From contig OZ247587.1 of assembly GCA_965233865.1 (NCBI GenBank), positions 448,001-512,000 on the forward strand: a stretch of DNA of 64,000 nt. Reading direction: 5' to 3'. Within the stretch, counting starts at the first letter, position 1, and every line of letters starts with the position of its first letter. Shown piece by piece: positions 29,801 to 38,076 of the stretch. The notes beneath the pieces are model-generated. The model was not told the origin of the DNA and did not search any database. It saw only the letters and a list, made by a program, of their open reading frames with translations. The position numbers and the translations under genes were made by a program. This DNA comes from Candidatus Neptunichlamydia sp. Lineage in GTDB: Bacteria > Chlamydiota > Chlamydiia > Chlamydiales > Simkaniaceae.

Positions 29801-30656
29801 GAGAATCTAGAACAAGTTTTCCATTTTTATAGGTCGGATTAAAATCTACAAAAAGGCGAGGTGAGCGCACGCTTACCTCAACCTTTAACTCTTCTGCAAC
29901 AGGAGTTGATTTTAGGTTCGCATTTACAGTATCACCAAGTGTTGCAAGAAGAAGACCTTGATATTTAGGTGCAAAGATAGAAATAACTTGGTCTAGACCC
30001 TCGACAGGAACATTATCAAGCGTTGCCGTTCCCTCCAACGAGGCATTCCAACTCCCTTGGGCAAAAAAAGTTCCTACGAGCTCATTTTTTCTTATTTTCC
30101 CCTCGAATAAAAATGAGTTAGCCTCTCTAATATCAAGATCTACTTTTATCCCATAAATGGATATGGAGGTGTTTCCTCCATTTTCAATTGAGATTTTTCC
30201 ATTTGAGAGCGTGAAGTGGCCGCTAAAGTCAGACCAGAACGTTCCTTTGGTTTTTTCAATGGCCTTCCCAGACTTTTTGAGGGTAGCGACCTTTTTTTGA
30301 GATACTTTGGGGTAGGCTGAAATATTAAGGTTTTCAATGTGCGTATTACCGATACTTCCATTCCGAAAAAGGAGATTCGAAAAAGAACAGCCGCTGGTGA
30401 GAGAATCAAACGTAACTTCGAATCCTTTCCCCTCATTAAACTGAAGTTTGTCAATCTGTTGTTCACTCGTCCAACTAAGCGAAAGGTCTTGAATTTTGAG
30501 CTGACCGCCCGTACTTCTCTCAACTATTTTGATCAGAAAGTTTGTCCCAGCTTCGGAGGATAAGATTGTAGGAAGGAATGTTACAATTAGAGCAACTCCT
30601 CCTAAAATAGCTACGACTGCCCACACCCACTTTTTTATTTTAAGGTTAAAGGTCAT
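26802..30656 (-). CDS. Large inner-membrane-anchored beta-rich protein, AsmA/TamB-like (inferred)
   Basis: 1284 aa with one N-terminal TM followed by LPTILSS...LSLSW, repetitive beta strands and C-terminal VPVEG...VKID. Confidence 0.65.
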   Translation of the reverse strand: MTFNLKIKKWVWAVVAILGGVALIVTFLPTILSSEAGTNFLIKIVERSTGGQLKIQDLSLSWTSEQQIDKLQFNEGKGFEVTFDSLTSGCSFSNLLFRNGSIGNTHIENLNISAYPKVSQKKVATLKKSGKAIEKTKGTFWSDFSGHFTLSNGKISIENGGNTSISIYGIKVDLDIREANSFLFEGKIRKNELVGTFFAQGSWNASLEGTATLDNVPVEGLDQVISIFAPKYQGLLLATLGDTVNANLKSTPVAEELKVEVSVRSPRLFVDFNPTYKNGKLVLDSPGRVDLTLKPLLFNYFNENISLQNNAQTEIRLEKGSLPLTRNSFDFSEAAVVGNLYFSGGQLLLNKIQRIINIDELNAKFSTAALNKLIQMSLKSTMRYQKEAQPSVNGTLSIQNILKKASYPALDLSINDLPLSLIDSFLSSSLAVYLGDTYSGKIAKNQSSITLNGKTPLLNLQNTSLILSEVAQLTKPSTFTYVVTPNLYKNLTGFFKVQGELNALSIPINEEGLVFKDSDFDLNLSSGQIEISDLFALGNVNLPSLRVNLKGTSLSAFQFNGATTLDYQDQTWGYSILGKNVGVKAKGKTKVSDEFEISPFNLSLDGRKFKGDITAAIEKSTLILTKGVQIDFLLEPSQINPILSEEREYPLLTKTTPLQLEIKPSQIPLKEGGGASLSVKGVGKIANLDMVNPLNRYPFTFENVQVDFDLDGKKNAHTVHFEGSALENGSSAGKLELTLVGNGKTSELISSLSTMRASLSDFSSQIADVFFKTQGQLPDLIGPTLELKYATEKALGRQNLDIQIESRGLTLDGAFYVGETLELRSPRKPLKIRWDLSEKSYDAFRKWRNPNQQIMSNNLLFTVDDDDLGVLKMQISSFSVPLKDQSEGFPKFDFNLFGSHFDAKVRVNDLKLKQSRTGVTTVLEKFDFNIAKKRAGNNPLTFNFNGDISPDGDRKSGVIQGSGTITDFLSSAGTLDFKDVSTSIHASVKNLPSVFVDALSKFDKVSDFPPSSFLGNLFNATFDAEVEKSQGKITMDINASACRANFSGIISNEILYLQDPLKAVFTITPQLNDVLEKSAKLVVVAMEKPITLYIHDKGFNIPLKDLHIKNMSFKYGQLDLGQILCKNTGSTSEVGGLFSSENRGNVSLWFAPAGFNMNRGKMHVDRTEILYNNAYQICLWGGINFPKRYVDMTLGLTAPVLRSALGIQGIDDNYVLKVPVEGLFGNVKIDTVAATGKIAFLVARKQIAPKTGIWGQVLGAVGNLADDQSNVPPPNIPFPWQPQP

Positions 30657-31051
30657 TACATCTCTTCCTTCCTTTATTGATGGTTTTTAGACCCTTGTTT
30701 AATTTCCAGCTTTCCTCTTTCATAGAAAACAAGCTTCCTTAAAATATTCACCTTTATAAGAATAGGTGTTTTTATGTGCTGAAAGAGGTGTTGCAGAAAA
30801 TAGGAGGACAATTCTTAGTATCTTCATAATCTTGAGGGTAGCGCTCTTAAAGATTTTATTCAACCAACTAAGGGCAGAGCTAGCGCACTGAAGAAAAGGG
30901 AATATTCAAACCTACTCTCTCGATCCATATGCTCAAAAAACCTTAATCAATTCGAAATAATTCACGATTAAAACACTCTTCCTGAAGAATAACACTTGCA
31001 TTTTCAAGCAGTTTTTTTTATTAAAAAAAAAGAAATACTCACAGGTACAGT

Positions 31052-31522
31052 ATGAAAAAACAGACAGTTAATACTATTATCACACTTTCTAACTTTGGCT
31101 ATATCGCGGCTTGTATCGTTCTCTATTTAATCGCTCTTTGTATTCTTATTTCGGCTGTTTGGGGTATTGTAGCAGACATGCATTCTGGAGCCTATACTGT
31201 CTATAAGTTACTTGACGAAGTAGGTTTGATTGTCTTCTCAATGGCTGTGATCGATGTAGGTAAATACCTCATGCTAGAAGAGGTAATTCGAAAAGAAAAG
31301 AATGAATATCATCCTGCACAGACACGAAAAACCCTGACAAAGTTTGCGATTATTATTGCTTCGGCCCTTTCTTTAGAGGGTCTTGTCCTAACGATTGAAG
31401 TCGCCAAGCAAGATATCACAAAGATTCTTTACCCAGTTTGTGTGCTAATTACCGCAACAATCTTTATTATTGGGATTGGGATATATCAATTTCTGAACTC
31501 TCGCTCTGAGATGAAAAAGTAG
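31052..31522 (+). CDS. Hypothetical 4-TM membrane protein (PsiE-like)
   Basis: AVIDVGKYLMLEEV and RKTLTKFAIII...SLEGLV motifs. Confidence 0.75.
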   Translation: MKKQTVNTIITLSNFGYIAACIVLYLIALCILISAVWGIVADMHSGAYTVYKLLDEVGLIVFSMAVIDVGKYLMLEEVIRKEKNEYHPAQTRKTLTKFAIIIASALSLEGLVLTIEVAKQDITKILYPVCVLITATIFIIGIGIYQFLNSRSEMKK

Positions 31523-32108
31523 GAGCAAAATTTTCGATAAAGTTAGCAAGCTCATCCTGAACCTTGTCATGGTGCTCTAATAGGTAAGTCATCTCCACTT
31601 TGTAGAGAATATTCCCAACAAGCACTAAGGTTCCTGCCGTCTCAGTCGTTTTACCATAATGCTCGTAGTCTAAGGCAGGAAAGGTTTTGAAAACCGTGCT
31701 TTTTTTCCCTACAAGTTGGACTTTTCCAAGTTCTTTCATTACCACTTTAAGTGCTCCGCCAAGAACCAGACTGTTTCCATATTTTAGCCACCCATCAGGT
31801 AACGTTGTATAGCTGACTGAGAAACGCTTACCTCCGTCAACATCACAAATATATTCTTTATAGGGAATGGAGTCTTCTCCTCCAGGAATTGGCAGGTCTC
31901 GAACAGTTTTCTCAGGTTTTTTTGGAAAAGATGCTGTAAAACTCTCTTCCTTAGTGGTAAAAGCAATCCATTTTTCAAATCCTAAACCTTTTTTCACTGC
32001 ATGATGAAAATTTAATTTGTGGCTATGCTGTCTTAAATTGATATAAACATAATAACCACCGAAACAGATAAAAGTCACAAAAATAATAAAAAATATTTTC
32101 TTCATCAT
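31467..32108 (-). CDS. Hypothetical membrane-anchored protein, paralog of 6046-6639
   Basis: N-terminal TM, W-I-A-F-T...FTASFPKKP and C-terminal FIENF. Confidence 0.7.
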   Translation of the reverse strand: MMKKIFFIIFVTFICFGGYYVYINLRQHSHKLNFHHAVKKGLGFEKWIAFTTKEESFTASFPKKPEKTVRDLPIPGGEDSIPYKEYICDVDGGKRFSVSYTTLPDGWLKYGNSLVLGGALKVVMKELGKVQLVGKKSTVFKTFPALDYEHYGKTTETAGTLVLVGNILYKVEMTYLLEHHDKVQDELANFIENFAPTFSSQSESSEIDISQSQ

Positions 32109-32305
32109 TAAACCTAAATTGTTTTTTATGAAATAATAGATTAATATCCTAAAAATTACAACTCAATAAATATGTATTAATATTAAAAATTAGAGAGTGT
32201 TAACCAAAAAAACGAGATTGCTAAATCCTTTTTAAAGAAAACTCTAGAAGTTTTGTCATGAAAAATGGATACCTAGCATTCCTTAAGTAAACATTCTCCA
32301 TCTTT

Positions 32306-33091
32306 TTAGCGCATATAGCGTGAACCACTTCTTAGGCTACAGAGCGCTAAAATATAACAGAGCAGAAAAAAAACAAAAGTGACAGCTCCGGCAATGCCAA
32401 GGTCTATATCAGTACTACCGAGCATTCCATAGCGGATTCCATTGATAATAAAAAAAAGAGGGTTAAAGTGGGATACAGATTGCCAAAAGAAGTGCATACC
32501 TTCGAGACTAAAAAAAACACCACCTAGATAAATTAAAGGAAGTAGGATCAACATGCTTACAGCTCCGACATGTTCAAAACTCTTAGACCACATGCCAATG
32601 GCAATTCCAAGATTTCCAAAGGCGAGCCCTCCAAAGATTAAAAAATAGATGAAAACAAGAGGGTCAGCAATGAGAAGAAAGTGACCCATTTGGAAATAGT
32701 AGAAGGCTTGCCCCACCCCGTAGGTGATAAGCCCGACAAAGAGCCCTCGCGTTAGAGATGAGAGTGTTTTAGCAGCGCATAATTGCTGGAGCGAAAATGG
32801 AGCCACCCGAAGGTCTTGAAGCTCATTCACATACTTTTGTCCCATGATTGCACTTGTTGAATTGTCGAAAGTGTTTTTAATAAGAGACATGGCGATTAGC
32901 CCAGGGATCAAAAAAGCAAGATAGGGAACGTTATTTTCTAAATGGATGGAATGACTCAAACTGACACCAAAGATCAGAAGGTAGAGGATTGAGTTGACAA
33001 TAGGAGCTCCCACTGTTTGAAGTGGAACCTTCAAAAAACGAGCAACCTCTCGCTTATAGAGACCCTGAATTTGCAACCATCGGTTCATCAC
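32306..33091 (-). CDS. ABC-2 type transporter permease (YadH-like)
   Basis: REVARFLKV, YLAFLIPGL, LGGVFFS and NPLFFIINGIRYG motifs. Confidence 0.9.
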   Translation of the reverse strand: MMNRWLQIQGLYKREVARFLKVPLQTVGAPIVNSILYLLIFGVSLSHSIHLENNVPYLAFLIPGLIAMSLIKNTFDNSTSAIMGQKYVNELQDLRVAPFSLQQLCAAKTLSSLTRGLFVGLITYGVGQAFYYFQMGHFLLIADPLVFIYFLIFGGLAFGNLGIAIGMWSKSFEHVGAVSMLILLPLIYLGGVFFSLEGMHFFWQSVSHFNPLFFIINGIRYGMLGSTDIDLGIAGAVTFVFFLLCYILALCSLRSGSRYMR

Positions 33092-33984
33092 TTGTCTCCT
33101 GTCAGGATGGTTTGCATCACATCTTCAAGAGTTCCCATTTTGATATTGATATCTTGAATGCAATTCATAGGAATCGAAGCTTCTTGAAATAATTGAGAGA
33201 GAGGCATTTCATTAGGGACTTGAAAGTCAAGAAGATGATCACTTTGAGCTGTAAGAAGTGGATGGGGTATCTCTTCAAGTGGAGAAGATAGGGTTATGCT
33301 CACCTTTTTTGAAGAGTATTCTTGCAGCATTTTCTCTGTTGTGTCTACCTTCCTCAAGCGACCGTGGTCCAGTATGCCAATTTTATCGCAAAGAAACTCA
33401 GCTTCCTCCAAGTAGTGAGTTGTTAAGAGAATGGAGAGGCTATCTTTTTTTAGTTCTTGAATAAACTTCCAAAGAGAGGCGCGCAATTCAACATCAACTC
33501 CTGCTGTTGGTTCATCAAGAAGAAGAAGTTTGGGTTTATGAAGAAGCGCTTTAATGATCAAGAGGCGCCGTTTCATTCCACCGCTCAACTGATTCACCAG
33601 TTTTTTTCGGTGATGATAGAGGTGAAGTTTGTCAAGGAGGTACTTTAGGCGTTCCTTGTCGAAAGGAATACCAAAGTAAGTTGCATGATATTTTAAGATC
33701 TCTTCCACAGTAAAAAAACCGTGATGGATCAGTTCTTGCGGAACAAAACCCATATGAGATTTCGCAATGCGGGGGTTCTTTTGGACGTCAACTCCAAAGA
33801 TTTTAATCGAGCCCTCTGAAAAAGATTGCAGAGTCACAATATTTGAGATAATCGTTGTTTTCCCCGCCCCATTTGCTCCTAAGAGACCGAAGACTTCCCC
33901 TCTTTGAATCTCGAAAGAAACCCTTTCTGCAGCCACAAGCCTTCCATATTTTTTGGTGAGATTCTTAACGACAAGAGGAGTCAT
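33088..33984 (-). CDS. ABC transporter ATP-binding protein (YadG-like)
   Basis: GANGAGKTT, LSGGMKRR, LDEPTAGVD and TTHYLEEAE motifs. Confidence 0.92.
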   Translation of the reverse strand: MTPLVVKNLTKKYGRLVAAERVSFEIQRGEVFGLLGANGAGKTTIISNIVTLQSFSEGSIKIFGVDVQKNPRIAKSHMGFVPQELIHHGFFTVEEILKYHATYFGIPFDKERLKYLLDKLHLYHHRKKLVNQLSGGMKRRLLIIKALLHKPKLLLLDEPTAGVDVELRASLWKFIQELKKDSLSILLTTHYLEEAEFLCDKIGILDHGRLRKVDTTEKMLQEYSSKKVSITLSSPLEEIPHPLLTAQSDHLLDFQVPNEMPLSQLFQEASIPMNCIQDINIKMGTLEDVMQTILTGDK

Positions 33985-34442
33985 TTTACCTCTTTCATAT
34001 CAAGTAGAAGGTGGCCCCAATCGGCTAGGCAGATGCCGCCTAAACCGTAAAAAATGAATGGCTTATAATGTTTGTAAAACTTTAAAATGGAGCCTTTTGT
34101 CGGGAGTACATTGTAAACAATAAGGAATACAAGGGCTCCCCATGCTAAAAGCCATACGATGCGGGTAAAAGACCCAAGAATCAGATTATGGGAGAGGCCT
34201 CGATGGATAAAAACTTTTGAATAGGAGCGAAAGGGGATGCTTAAAATTCCCCGAATAGACATTAAGCGGATTTGATTCGCAAGGTCCATATCAGGGTTCA
34301 TAAAAAGAGTGCTGTAGGCAAATGTTCCGGAAAATATGAACATGAGATTCCTTGCAGGGTGAAGAAAAAAATACATGGCCCCTATAAGTATAGGAAGAGC
34401 TATAAAGAAATTGAATTGAGCATGTTGCTTATACATTGCCAT
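33981..34442 (-). CDS. DUF2227-family putative metal-binding membrane protein
   Basis: H...N, PDMD, HRGLSH and HLLLD motifs. Confidence 0.75.
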   Translation of the reverse strand: MAMYKQHAQFNFFIALPILIGAMYFFLHPARNLMFIFSGTFAYSTLFMNPDMDLANQIRLMSIRGILSIPFRSYSKVFIHRGLSHNLILGSFTRIVWLLAWGALVFLIVYNVLPTKGSILKFYKHYKPFIFYGLGGICLADWGHLLLDMKEVK

Positions 34443-34493
34443 ATGGACTTATCCCTCGACTTCTCTAATATTTAATAAAAACTCCCGGCTATT

Positions 34494-34529
34494 TTTAGTG
34501 CAAGGCAGACGTTTAGTGCAAGGCAGACG
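34494..34529. repeat. Perfect 18-bp tandem duplication
   Basis: TTTAGTGCAAGGCAGACG occurs twice in succession. Confidence 0.95.
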
Positions 34530-34553
34530 TATATAAAATATATAGTGCTTAAA

Positions 34554-35423
34554 TTAACGGCAATGACTTTCTATAGACAGATCAAGATAGGGAGCCAGTT
34601 CAGGGTGGTTTTTTTCGAGATAATTCTTGAGATCAAGCGTTACAACTGTAAGCTCCTCTCTGCTTGGAGATTCAGATACTGTTGGGTAAAGCTCTCCAAT
34701 ATCAATCTGTATAATCTTTCCATCTAAAACCCCTAAATTCCCTTCGCAGTTGATATTATCATTTCCGATTCCCCGCTCATTTCTTAAGGTTAGATAATCT
34801 AAAATTGCATCGATTGTTTGTTTTCCCTTTTTAGGGGATTTTTTTAGCACATCAAAGACATGGTGGGCGTTCTTTTGAATCAGAAATTCCATGTCATCTA
34901 ACTTAAGCACAAGCTTTTTTCCTTGCGAAGAAAGCAAAGTAATGGACTTTTTGAGATAGTTTGTTTTTGTGAGGTGAAGGTAGAGAACTCCACTATGATC
35001 TTGAAGTCTTTCGTGAGCAAGCTGATAGCTTTGGTAGAGATATAGTCGTCGGTGGTGGTGACGGTTTAACATTTCATTTCGGATCATTCGAATACGTTCA
35101 GATAAGGGAAGGTGGTTCAAAAAATACCGCGTTCTCATATGCTTTTGCTTAAAAAATTTCACGACAATCTCACCATCTTCGGAGACAAATGCATAGCACT
35201 CCTTTCCACTTTCAAGAGGAGAAAAGGTTTGTGTGGAAACCCGATCAAGGAGATCTGCTTGCTCAAGGCTTGGCAGCCCAAAATCCCAACGGGAATCATA
35301 TCCATAAAGGGAATGAATTTTCTTATAAGAGAACCCTTTAATTCTCATGATGCAAGAGATATAAGTCAAGACACATAAAAAAACTCCAAGGGCAATAGCG
35401 GAAGATAAAATGTATTTTTTCAT
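34554..35423 (-). CDS. Membrane-anchored kinase-fold protein, degenerate catalytic loop (paralog 1 of 4)
   Basis: N-terminal TM; ESGKECYAF, VVKFFK, GIGNDNINCEGNLG and QIDIG motifs. Confidence 0.7.
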   Translation of the reverse strand: MKKYILSSAIALGVFLCVLTYISCIMRIKGFSYKKIHSLYGYDSRWDFGLPSLEQADLLDRVSTQTFSPLESGKECYAFVSEDGEIVVKFFKQKHMRTRYFLNHLPLSERIRMIRNEMLNRHHHRRLYLYQSYQLAHERLQDHSGVLYLHLTKTNYLKKSITLLSSQGKKLVLKLDDMEFLIQKNAHHVFDVLKKSPKKGKQTIDAILDYLTLRNERGIGNDNINCEGNLGVLDGKIIQIDIGELYPTVSESPSREELTVVTLDLKNYLEKNHPELAPYLDLSIESHCR

Positions 35424-36283
35424 TTGTACTGCTCAATTTGATCGACAATTTTACTTTCAACTTTCGAAAGATGTTTTGGGGCGTGCATTTTTAAAAAATC
35501 GTGAATTTGGTAAGAGAGAGTTTTGAGCTCTTCATAAGTAGGTCTGGGGGCCTGGTTTGTGCGAAACTCTCCTATATCGATTTCAATCGCTCGGTTATTC
35601 ACAAATCCAAAGTTTTTGAAAAACTGGAGATCCTTGTCATAAATTCCTTTTTGGCTCCGTTTTGCAACAACCTCAAAGAGAGAAAGAATCGCTCTTTCTG
35701 CTTCCTTGGATTGCCCTTTTTTATACAAAGCCTTGAGGTGATGAAAGACCAGCGTTGCTTTTTTTTGAATCAGAAATTCCATTTCATCAAGAGAGACTTC
35801 AAACGTTTTTCCATTTTGATCAATTAAGGTAAGGGAGAGGTTGAGCGTATCGGTCTTATTAAGGTGGAGGCAGAGCATCCCGGTTTCTTCTGGAAGCTTT
35901 TCAAAAGCAAGCTTGTAACTACTAAAGGAATCCTGCCTTTCCTTTGTTCTTTGATCAATCTTCCGTACTGAGTGAAATATTTTTTTGACAAAAATAGAGA
36001 GCGAGTCCGTCCCTGTTTTGATTCTCATGTGTTTTTGCTTAAAAAACTTGATAACGGCTTCATCATCATCAGATACAAAGGCATAGGTATGATTCCCACT
36101 TCCAAGGTAATGGCATTGCGATCCCATTAGAGAAGCGAGTTCCATGCGAGACATTGTGTTCTCTACTTCCCATTCAGGAGCAGAAGCATGATGAGACGTA
36201 ATTTTTTTAAGAGTAAATCCTTTAGGGCGATCGCACCCGACAGAAAATACAATAATCGAAAAGACAAGTAACCATTTCTTCAT
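35420..36283 (-). CDS. Kinase-fold lipoprotein (paralog 2 of 4)
   Basis: MKKWLLVFSIIVFSVGC lipobox; YLGSGNHTYAF, VIKFFK, GIYDKDLQFFKNFG and EIDIG motifs. Confidence 0.7.
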   Translation of the reverse strand: MKKWLLVFSIIVFSVGCDRPKGFTLKKITSHHASAPEWEVENTMSRMELASLMGSQCHYLGSGNHTYAFVSDDDEAVIKFFKQKHMRIKTGTDSLSIFVKKIFHSVRKIDQRTKERQDSFSSYKLAFEKLPEETGMLCLHLNKTDTLNLSLTLIDQNGKTFEVSLDEMEFLIQKKATLVFHHLKALYKKGQSKEAERAILSLFEVVAKRSQKGIYDKDLQFFKNFGFVNNRAIEIDIGEFRTNQAPRPTYEELKTLSYQIHDFLKMHAPKHLSKVESKIVDQIEQYK

Positions 36284-36445
36284 GTAGATCAGTTTACACA
36301 AATAGGGCCAAAGCGTCTAGGACTTCTGCTGCTCATGCTTTTGATTTAGGAAGAATAAGGCCAAGCAAGTGAGGATGCAAACCTTAGGGACTTGGATTTC
36401 ACTTTTGATCTCCTTTGGTAGATGTTTTTTTACAGTTTCAAATCC

Positions 36446-38062
36446 TCAATCTGAAGAGATAAAGGCTTTGTGGAACTGGATATCTCCCATTGGGGAGATG
36501 GAGAGACCTTGAAGGTGGGAATGCTTTACGTAGACAAGATGGAAGTGGTAAAGAGGAATAATGGGCATTTCATCCATGAGTAGGGACTCAGCCTCTTCAA
36601 GAAGAGCGACTCTTCCTTCTTTGCTTGCGTAGTAGGAGGACGAAAGGAGTTCAGAATAGTAGGGGTTTTCCCATCCACTATAGTTTCGAAAAGCCTCTTT
36701 TCCATTAAAGCGTTCAAGAAAGGACATGGGGTCGTGATACTGTCCCACCCAAGACATTTGGGCAACTGAAAAGTCATGGTTCTCTAGTTTTGTAAGGTGC
36801 GATTTAAATTCTAGAGCTTGAATACTAATATCAATGCCGAGGACAGATTTCCAATAGTTTTGAAGGGTAATTGCTAAATTTCTGTGAAGCTCAGATATGA
36901 AGTAATAATAGGTGATCTTTGGAAACTCTTGCTTCGTAATTCCAAGCTCCTCAAGCCCCTTATGAAAATGCTGCTGAGCAAGAGCCTTTTGATGATCTAA
37001 AAAGAAAGTGGTTACGGTTTCTTTAAGAACATGAGGAACAGGCCCCGAGGCAACATCGTCATACATTTGAAAAAGGTTTTCTGTGATTTCCCCCCGATCA
37101 ATCGCTAAGGAAAAAGCCTTTCTAACATGAACATTATTGAAGGGGAAGCGGTTCACGTTGAAAGTGCAAAGAGTGGTTCCCGCAATCGGCCTCTGTCTAA
37201 TCAAGTCACTTTTTTTAAGGCTCGAAACCGCATCAAGAGGGAGCGTAGAGGTTAGACCACCAACGATATCAAGCTTTCCTTTTTCAAAAAGGTTAAGCGT
37301 TGTTCCTTCATTGCTTACCATCAAGATCGTTATTTTTTCTAGGTGGACCTTATCAGCATTCCAGTAGTAGGGATTCTTAACTGCAACGATTTTATCGTCA
37401 TTTTTCCAGGACGTAATTTGAAACGGTCCACAGGAAAGGACTTCGCCGGTTTGGTTAGGATGGGGGACTTCATCACCATGAAATGGAACTGGAAAATAGG
37501 TACAAAAAGAGGTCAGCTCCAAGAAATATGGAGTAGGACGTTCAAGGCGCACAAGCAGAGTTGTTTTATCAAGGGCTTCTATCCCCACCTCATCAAGAGA
37601 GCATTCTCCATTTTTAGCGCGCTCCGCATTTTTTATGGGGAAGAGGAGATGCGCAGATTTTGAAGTGAAGTCAGTGTTAAGCGCAGCCTTCCATGCAGCT
37701 TCAAAATGATAGGCGGTGAGGGGAGATCCATCTGACCACATCGCTGGCCTTAAGGAAAAGAGGTAGTTGCGTTTATCTCTTGAGAGATTGACATGCTCTG
37801 CTAAAGCGTACGATACCGTCCCATCTGCCTCTAGGTGCGTGAGTCCCTCATAGAGCATGAAATTAAGTGTTGTGGTGACAGGGTCTGTGCATTTTCTGGG
37901 GTCAGCAGTAAAGGGGCTATAGCTAAAATTAATCACTATTTCCTGGCGCAGTCTGCCATGATCCTTCTTCTGGCACGAGGCTGCTGTAAACAAAAATAAA
38001 ATAGGGATAAAAAAGTGCCTTATCATTAAGTAGATAGTAGGCTTTGTCTCTAAGGTCTGCAC
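36446..38062 (-). CDS. oppA: Peptide ABC transporter substrate-binding lipoprotein
   Basis: Lipobox AASC; LYEGL, WSDGSPLTA, IKNA, GPF, KNPYYW and RKAFSLAIDR motifs. Confidence 0.92.
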   Translation of the reverse strand: MQTLETKPTIYLMIRHFFIPILFLFTAASCQKKDHGRLRQEIVINFSYSPFTADPRKCTDPVTTTLNFMLYEGLTHLEADGTVSYALAEHVNLSRDKRNYLFSLRPAMWSDGSPLTAYHFEAAWKAALNTDFTSKSAHLLFPIKNAERAKNGECSLDEVGIEALDKTTLLVRLERPTPYFLELTSFCTYFPVPFHGDEVPHPNQTGEVLSCGPFQITSWKNDDKIVAVKNPYYWNADKVHLEKITILMVSNEGTTLNLFEKGKLDIVGGLTSTLPLDAVSSLKKSDLIRQRPIAGTTLCTFNVNRFPFNNVHVRKAFSLAIDRGEITENLFQMYDDVASGPVPHVLKETVTTFFLDHQKALAQQHFHKGLEELGITKQEFPKITYYYFISELHRNLAITLQNYWKSVLGIDISIQALEFKSHLTKLENHDFSVAQMSWVGQYHDPMSFLERFNGKEAFRNYSGWENPYYSELLSSSYYASKEGRVALLEEAESLLMDEMPIIPLYHFHLVYVKHSHLQGLSISPMGDIQFHKAFISSD

Positions 38063-38076
38063 TATATTTGTATTCT

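Noticed and set aside
30720..30827. 35-codon minus-strand ORF with signal-like start (MKILRIVLLFSATPLSAHK...)
   Set aside because: Possibly a gene remnant, but too short and without supporting homology.
34494..34529. Direct repeat as a possible CRISPR array
   Set aside because: Only two adjacent units, no spacers and no cas genes.
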